From the UHGV virus genome UHGV-1613228: a stretch of DNA of 12,378 nucleotides, one strand, 5' to 3'. The position numbers and the translations under genes were made by a program. Below are positions 7,983-12,378 of this stretch, piece after piece. Position 1 is the stretch's first letter. Each line of letters starts with the position of its first letter. Source of the stretch: a virus. The notes beneath the pieces were generated by a model that made no database searches, was not told the DNA's origin, and was given only the letters and a program-made list of their open reading frames with translations.

Positions 7983-8022
7983 AAACCAGTACAGCCACGG
8001 AAGGCATAACTCATTGCTTCCA

Positions 8023-8049
8023 GCCCGCCGATTCGCCGGGCATTTTTTT
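8023..8049 (+). terminator. Intrinsic terminator or attenuator just upstream of the orphan gene
   Basis: GCCCG / CGGGC stem with a 9-nt loop, then A and seven T. It ends only 12 nt before the orphan gene's ATG and overlaps the region before its Shine-Dalgarno. Confidence 0.5.
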
Positions 8050-8061
8050 AAGGTGAAAATC

Positions 8062-8394
8062 ATGAAAGAGAAGACTGCAGCTGAGCGCTATGCCGCAGCT
8101 ATCAATGCCGCGATGGCGATTGTAAACCTGCGTGAAGAGATTAAAGATCTCCTTGCAATTATCCATAACAACCTGACATGTACAGAGTTGCTTGGCGGTC
8201 AGTACAACGGTGAGGCGGTGAAGGAGGCATTTAAAAATGCCGAGGTAGGAATAATTCCAGCAAACTATGTCAAGGCTGAATGTGTGCTCCTAAAGGCACG
8301 AGTGAGTCTGCATGAAGATCCTGGTAATCTCGGTCGAACTGCAATGCGTTACGTGATAGACGAGTCGAATGCCAAACACAATCTACCGAAATAA
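8062..8394 (+). CDS. Orphan hypothetical protein, 110 aa (moron cargo), function unknown
   Basis: ATG at 8062 with AGGTGA 5 nt upstream, TAA stop at 8392..8394, and its own terminator downstream. Opposite strand to all flanking phage genes. The ORF track's longer version (from 7924) starts at TTG and runs through three hairpins, so I reject that extension. No recognisable motif; no obvious transmembrane segment; predicted helical N-terminus. Confidence 0.7.
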   Translation: MKEKTAAERYAAAINAAMAIVNLREEIKDLLAIIHNNLTCTELLGGQYNGEAVKEAFKNAEVGIIPANYVKAECVLLKARVSLHEDPGNLGRTAMRYVIDESNAKHNLPK

Positions 8395-8398
8395 CACC

Positions 8399-8410
8399 GT
8401 GACATGTCAC
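8399..8410. promoter_or_regulatory. Perfect 12-bp palindrome GTGACATGTCAC, copy 1
   Basis: Seen directly. Lies between the orphan gene stop and its terminator hairpin. An identical copy occurs at 10664..10675, and the preceding C is also shared. Confidence 0.5.
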
Positions 8411-8414
8411 AAAC

Positions 8415-8443
8415 AGCCAGCCTATGAGCTGGCTTTGTTTTAT
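8415..8443 (+). terminator. Intrinsic terminator for the orphan gene, possibly bidirectional
   Basis: AGCCAGC / GCTGGCT 7-bp stem with a 6-nt loop, then TTGTTTTAT on the plus strand. On the minus strand the same hairpin is followed by GUUUGUG and lies about 50 nt after the TerL stop. Confidence 0.6.
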
Positions 8444-8484
8444 CCTCACCAGAGGATATCAACGACATTATCCCCACCAGCGGA

Positions 8485-9960
8485 TTAAGCATAGGGATCG
8501 TAATCTGTGATGGCCTTGCCTTGCTGGTTCTGCTGACCGGGAATTCGCAGACGCTTAGACACAGGGAACGCAAACGTCAGCAGTAGCGCATCGCCTTTAC
8601 CCGGTGAACGCCCAAGCCGCTCCTTGATATCTTCCTTCGGTTCGATAACGATTTTACCGTCCACTCGAACTTTGTACTCTGCCGCCGACAGGTCGTCTGC
8701 TGTTTCCTGGTCATCCAGCATGCCGCCCAGCCTCAGCCATGTCTTGCATGAATTGAACATCTCCCCACGCTTGTTGAGCATCTGCGGGTCAGTAGACGCG
8801 CCACCGAACGGAACAAGTTGCCATGTACGACCCCAGCCGTCACCGATTGACTTCAAACCGGTTCCGTAACCGAAGTCGATGAACACCGCGTCAGCCTGAT
8901 ACTGGTCTTCAAAGTCAGCGATACGCTTCGCCATAATCAGATCGTCGGTAGTCTTGTTGCCAGTCCACAGCACCTTACTGTGTAGCCCCTGCCGCAGGTA
9001 TATCACAGCGTCATCAACGCCGGAGTATGCCGGGTCAACGCCGATTATCACCGGAGCATGTGCAACCTGCGCAGCGGTTACCACCCGTTTCATTGCCTCG
9101 TCAGTAAGACCGGTAGGGATAAACTGCAATTCAGATGCATCAGGGAATATGCCACGCACACGGATTTTAACGAAGTCGCTGTCTTCCCCGTAGTCATCAA
9201 CCCATTTCTGCAACTGCTGTTTGTTAGTGCCTTCCACCGTCCGGCTGTCAATCTGCGCAGTTTTCCAGCGGTGTTTATATTTGCGGAAACATTCGCGAAA
9301 ACGCCCGGTGTTACGTGTAGGGTTTCCGAACGCCACCCAAATAATCTCAGTGTCTTCGTCCGTAAGCGCACCCTCGGCAACTTCCCACACCAGATCCGCA
9401 ATGTTCGACGCTTCATCAAACACCACGATGATGCGTTTGCGCTCGTTGTGTAGTCCGGCGAATGCCTCGGTGTTGTGCTCAGACCAGGGTATTGCGTCAG
9501 CCCGCCACCGCTTGTCGTGCCCTAGGTCATTGCTGTACATCGCGGTAGCGGTACAGGTAAACCAGTCTTTCGTGATAGCAAGGTTCGACCACTTGATAAT
9601 TTCCGGCCAGGTCTTCGTTCGTAGCTGGTTGTCGGTGTTGGCGGTCACCACGACCTTACAATCCTCGCAAGTGGACATGCCCCAGTTGATCAGCATTGAG
9701 ATGAATGCGGATTTACCAATACCGTGACCAGAAGCGCGTGCCAGCATAAGCGGCTGATAGCGCGTCTCTGGATTCTGCAGGTGATCACGTATCTCTCGGA
9801 ACGCATCAGCCTGCCACTGACGTGGGCCGGTGGCATGTGCCAGTTCAGTCCCCTCTTCCCCCCATGGGAACGCATAGAGGGCATAGCCAAGCGGATCGTG
9901 AGTGAACCCTGCAATATCCTCGATTAACTGCTCTTCAGGAGATAACGCTGTATCTGTCAC
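8485..9960 (-). CDS. Terminase large subunit (TerL), 491 aa
   Basis: Walker A-like ASGHGIGKS, Walker B-like VVFDEAS, and a C-terminal nuclease-type motif IIGVDPAY are all readable in the translation. GTG start overlaps the TerS stop (GTGA), with AGGA about 9 nt upstream. Confidence 0.9.
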   Translation of the reverse strand: MTDTALSPEEQLIEDIAGFTHDPLGYALYAFPWGEEGTELAHATGPRQWQADAFREIRDHLQNPETRYQPLMLARASGHGIGKSAFISMLINWGMSTCEDCKVVVTANTDNQLRTKTWPEIIKWSNLAITKDWFTCTATAMYSNDLGHDKRWRADAIPWSEHNTEAFAGLHNERKRIIVVFDEASNIADLVWEVAEGALTDEDTEIIWVAFGNPTRNTGRFRECFRKYKHRWKTAQIDSRTVEGTNKQQLQKWVDDYGEDSDFVKIRVRGIFPDASELQFIPTGLTDEAMKRVVTAAQVAHAPVIIGVDPAYSGVDDAVIYLRQGLHSKVLWTGNKTTDDLIMAKRIADFEDQYQADAVFIDFGYGTGLKSIGDGWGRTWQLVPFGGASTDPQMLNKRGEMFNSCKTWLRLGGMLDDQETADDLSAAEYKVRVDGKIVIEPKEDIKERLGRSPGKGDALLLTFAFPVSKRLRIPGQQNQQGKAITDYDPYA

Positions 9961-10553
9961 TGATTGCCATCCTGACGTTCTTTCAGTCTCTTCCTGGCTG
10001 CCGCTATGCGATCAGCAATTGTCACATTCACATTAACATCCAGGCGTTCTTTGAATGCGTTGACGTCGACGTGCTTACCAATCAGTTCGAGGTTCTTCAC
10101 CTTGTCAGGCCATTTAATTTTTTTGAGGATTGTCTCTATCGAATCCTCGTTCATGTTCATGATGGTCGATGACAGATCAAAGCCACTAAGCGTAGTGCGC
10201 CAGATTTTCGGCCACTCGCGGATTGGCTTAAGGCTCCCATCGTCGTTGAGGATGTCGATCACGTCCATCTGGTCGATCTCCACCAGGCGCATGAGAACGT
10301 AATCAGCACTGACGCGCATTCGTTTGTTGCGCTCTTCCATCAGCTCGGCAATCCGTTTTTGAATGCGTTCATCGCGCATCATGAGACTGGCTTTAACTGC
10401 CGCTGTATTTGGGGAGAATCCTGCGTTAATCGCTGCCTGAGTCTGGTTTTCAGGCGTTTTGATGTATGACTGGCAATAAGCCTCCTGCATTGCTGTTAGT
10501 GGCTTAAATTGCGTTGATTTGCGTTTATAGGTTTTAGGTTCAGCAGGCATCAT
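9957..10553 (-). CDS. Terminase small subunit (TerS), about 198 aa
   Basis: Immediately upstream of TerL and translationally coupled to it. N-terminal region resembles the DNA-binding part of small terminases (LTAMQEAYCQSY...INAGFSPNTA). The ORF track extends to a TTG at 10631, but that extension runs through a terminator hairpin, so I start at the ATG pair at 10553/10550. Confidence 0.75.
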   Translation of the reverse strand: MMPAEPKTYKRKSTQFKPLTAMQEAYCQSYIKTPENQTQAAINAGFSPNTAAVKASLMMRDERIQKRIAELMEERNKRMRVSADYVLMRLVEIDQMDVIDILNDDGSLKPIREWPKIWRTTLSGFDLSSTIMNMNEDSIETILKKIKWPDKVKNLELIGKHVDVNAFKERLDVNVNVTIADRIAAARKRLKERQDGNQ

Positions 10554-10560
10554 AACCACC

Positions 10561-10589
10561 GTGGTAATAGTTACCGTTGTGGTAATAGT
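10561..10589. repeat. Tandem direct repeat GTGGTAATAGT (2 copies, 18 bp apart) in the TerS leader
   Basis: Copies at 10561..10571 and 10579..10589, each followed by (T)ACC. Located between the upstream terminator and the TerS start codon. Confidence 0.6.
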
Positions 10590-10593
10590 ACCA

Positions 10594-10622
10594 TGCAAAA
10601 TAAAGCCGCCATAGTTGGCGGC
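10594..10622 (-). terminator. Intrinsic terminator between the early-region genes and TerS
   Basis: On the minus strand: GCCGCC-AACUAU-GGCGGC (6-bp GC stem) followed by UUUAUUUUG, about 40 nt upstream of the TerS ATG. Confidence 0.6.
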
Positions 10623-10663
10623 AGTATTCAAAACCCATCAAATTCATCATGCATAATCTACTC

Positions 10664-10675
10664 GTGACATGTCAC
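10664..10675. promoter_or_regulatory. Perfect 12-bp palindrome GTGACATGTCAC, copy 2
   Basis: Identical to the copy at 8399..8410. Lies between the stop of the 100-aa gene (10707) and the terminator upstream of TerS. It overlaps a -35-like GTGACA when read on the minus strand. Confidence 0.5.
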
Positions 10676-10706
10676 GCTATTAATTTCGTTTCATGCCAGC
10701 CTTTAG

Positions 10707-11009
10707 TCACCCAGCATTCCGAGTCACCATTACACGGGCATGAATTAACGGGAACTCTCTCGCCGCACTTACCGCAACGTTTCTGCTGATCGATTTTATA
10801 CGCCCGTGCACGCGTGCATCATCCTGGCGGATCAGTAACGCTATATACTCACCAAATTCGTAAGGCGCACGCCCGGGGCGACGCGTGGCACAGTTACGCT
10901 CCAGCATTTCAATTTCCTGAGCATCAAGCACAATTTCCAGCTTACGCACACCAGATGCAGCTTGTCTGGCTCTCTGAGCGGCTTTGCGCTCTGCTGCTGA
11001 TTTAGCCAT
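10707..11009 (-). CDS. Hypothetical small basic protein, about 100 aa; possible regulator
   Basis: ATG at 11009 with AAGGTGA about 7 nt upstream (the ORF track's 11012 start is a TTG). Arg/Lys-rich N-terminus (KAAQRARQAASGVRK). Last gene before the terminator and TerS. Function is inference. Confidence 0.55.
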   Translation of the reverse strand: MAKSAAERKAAQRARQAASGVRKLEIVLDAQEIEMLERNCATRRPGRAPYEFGEYIALLIRQDDARVHGRIKSISRNVAVSAAREFPLIHARVMVTRNAG

Positions 11010-11283
11010 CAATATTCACCTTTATCGCGAACACCTTTGCCGGCTTATCGCCGAAGTGCGGATGTGTGATTGTCTTGATTTCATATCCGTCATACGGGAC
11101 GTCAATTCTGCGGCTGGAATCGTCGCGCTTCGGATATCCCTTTGTGATAATCAGGCGGTCATACTCGCGGAACATAATTCGCTTATTCCAGTAGTCATTA
11201 CACAGGCGATACTCTTCCGTTTTCTCTCCGCGAATCATGGCATCGAAGTATTCACCTTTAACGGCAAGTTGCAGGTTAGCCAC
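11002..11283 (-). CDS. ASCH/PUA-like domain protein, 93 aa
   Basis: GTG start with a strong AGGAGG 6 nt upstream. The N-terminal motif KGEYFDAMIRGEKTEEYR matches the ASCH domain signature as I remember it. Overlaps both neighbouring genes by 8 nt. Confidence 0.6.
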   Translation of the reverse strand: MANLQLAVKGEYFDAMIRGEKTEEYRLCNDYWNKRIMFREYDRLIITKGYPKRDDSSRRIDVPYDGYEIKTITHPHFGDKPAKVFAIKVNIDG

Positions 11284-12211
11284 GGTTAACCTCCTGCGGC
11301 GGTTCTGGCAGCGGCATCCAGTGGGTTACCTCCTTGAGATACAGGTCTTCGCCACCACCGTCATCCCAAGTGGGCTTGCCATCATTAAACCAGTCGCCAT
11401 ATACGCCGACCTGAGTGTTGGGGATGCTTGGTAGGTAGTTGTTTTTAAAGTCAGCAGCTAACACATAGCATTGTCGCTCTCCCATTTCTGGCATTCGCTC
11501 ACTACAGCTTATCCAACCATCCGGAGTTACCGGAACTTGTGGAATGGCTGTCTGCTCTCGAACGTCATTAGGCGCTATAGGTTCTGCTGCCAACTGACTG
11601 GCATATTTGTTAATGGTAACGATAAGCTCTTGCTCAGCCTCATCCAGACAATCACCGATACCTCGCCTGTCACCGTCAAAATCATCGAAATCGGCACGAA
11701 TCCTGGCAACCTTCAGGATTGCGGACAACACCTCACTAGGAATTGCCGGATAGTTGGTTGACGTTTCCGCGATTTCCCGAAAATTATTGGTTGACGAATT
11801 CTTGTTTTCCCGAAAGTTTCCGGACTGAAGCATGGCGGCGCGGCAGGAGTTCCAGGCAAATAGTGCGGCTTCTTCCACTGAAGGCGGAGAGTATCGCTCG
11901 ATAAACGCCTGTGCATTTGACAGCCTCCACTCATGAGGCAATACCGGCGCTGGCGGGGCGATGCGTCCAAGCAACTTATTTACCTCTTTCGCCATCGCGT
12001 CATATTTATCTAAATAGCGATTAGCTTCTAAGCAGACTCGGTGCATCTGATCTGAGTTAACTCGTTTAACGGGATCTGCTTCCAGCGATGCCAGTGCAAT
12101 CCGTGCCAGTTCTTCCGCTTCTTCTGCTGGCAGTACAACGTTGCTACCCGGTCCGTATGTTTCGCGCCACTGCTTGATTGTCAGCAGTCGCCCTTTGGTA
12201 ATAGTGATCAT
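11276..12211 (-). CDS. DUF551 domain-containing phage protein, 311 aa
   Basis: ATG at 12211 with AAGGA 8 nt upstream. C-terminal segment DGWISCSERMPEMGERQCYVL...VTHWMPLPEPP matches the DUF551 pattern common in enterobacterial phage early regions. Confidence 0.7.
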   Translation of the reverse strand: MITITKGRLLTIKQWRETYGPGSNVVLPAEEAEELARIALASLEADPVKRVNSDQMHRVCLEANRYLDKYDAMAKEVNKLLGRIAPPAPVLPHEWRLSNAQAFIERYSPPSVEEAALFAWNSCRAAMLQSGNFRENKNSSTNNFREIAETSTNYPAIPSEVLSAILKVARIRADFDDFDGDRRGIGDCLDEAEQELIVTINKYASQLAAEPIAPNDVREQTAIPQVPVTPDGWISCSERMPEMGERQCYVLAADFKNNYLPSIPNTQVGVYGDWFNDGKPTWDDGGGEDLYLKEVTHWMPLPEPPQEVNRG

Positions 12212-12378
12212 GCCGCGTTTCCTTCTTTCTTATTAACAATCACACCGTCATATATTTCATTAAGGTGCCCTCTCAACTCCATGCGCCTTAATGCAGATAA
12301 CATGTAATCGCATTCAACCTGCTTATTCCCGGTAAATGGCTTATCGTCAGGATTACCCCAACAGCAATTACCCCTGGG
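12208..12378 (-). CDS. 3' end of an upstream phage gene (partial, product unknown)
   Basis: Open minus-strand frame from the right window edge to TGA at 12210..12208, overlapping the next ATG (ATGA). C-terminal peptide ...ECDYMLSALRRMELRGHLNEIYDGVIVNKKEGNAA. Confidence 0.5.
   Translation of the reverse strand, partial: PRGNCCWGNPDDKPFTGNKQVECDYMLSALRRMELRGHLNEIYDGVIVNKKEGNAA

Noticed and set aside
7793-8014. 73-aa minus-strand ORF
   Set aside because: It is the antisense translation of the tRNA gene and its terminator hairpins.
7924-8061. N-terminal extension of the orphan gene in the ORF track (TTG start at 7924)
   Set aside because: The extension runs through three strong stem-loops and a T7 tract. 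A strong AGGTGA Shine-Dalgarno sits 5 nt before the ATG at 8062.
10554-10631. N-terminal extension of TerS in the ORF track (TTG start at 10631)
   Set aside because: The extension contains the terminator hairpin and U-tract and the tandem repeats. The repetitive TITTTVTITT peptide is a translation artefact of those repeats.
1-12378. CRISPR array, IS element or transposon ends, integrase, rRNA
   Set aside because: I found no regularly spaced direct repeats, no terminal inverted repeats flanking a transposase-like ORF, and no recombinase-like ORF.

Overview
This window reads as the DNA-packaging and head-morphogenesis module of a tailed phage or prophage, probably enterobacterial given the argU-like tRNA and roughly 50% GC. 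Almost everything is transcribed leftward on the minus strand, with overlapping stop/start codons: a partial early-region gene, a DUF551 protein, an ASCH-like protein, a basic 100-aa protein, an intrinsic terminator, small terminase (TerS), large terminase (TerL), a 68-aa ORF, portal, a 98-aa protein, scaffold, major capsid protein, a 145-aa head accessory protein, a 111-aa protein, a terminator, and two tail/adaptor structural genes, the last running off the left edge. The one locus that breaks this pattern lies between TerL and portal: a plus-strand cassette carrying about 400 nt of non-coding DNA, a tRNA-Arg(UCU), three stem-loops, and an orphan 110-aa gene with its own Shine-Dalgarno and terminator. 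That cassette is my best candidate for anything novel here, but I cannot name a function for it from sequence alone. Other unexplained signals are an identical 12-bp palindrome on both sides of the terminase pair, a tandem 11-bp repeat in the TerS leader, and a duplicated translation-initiation block upstream of portal. Protein family calls rest on motifs I could read by eye, gene order and size; no database search was possible. I found no CRISPR array, IS element, integrase or rRNA.
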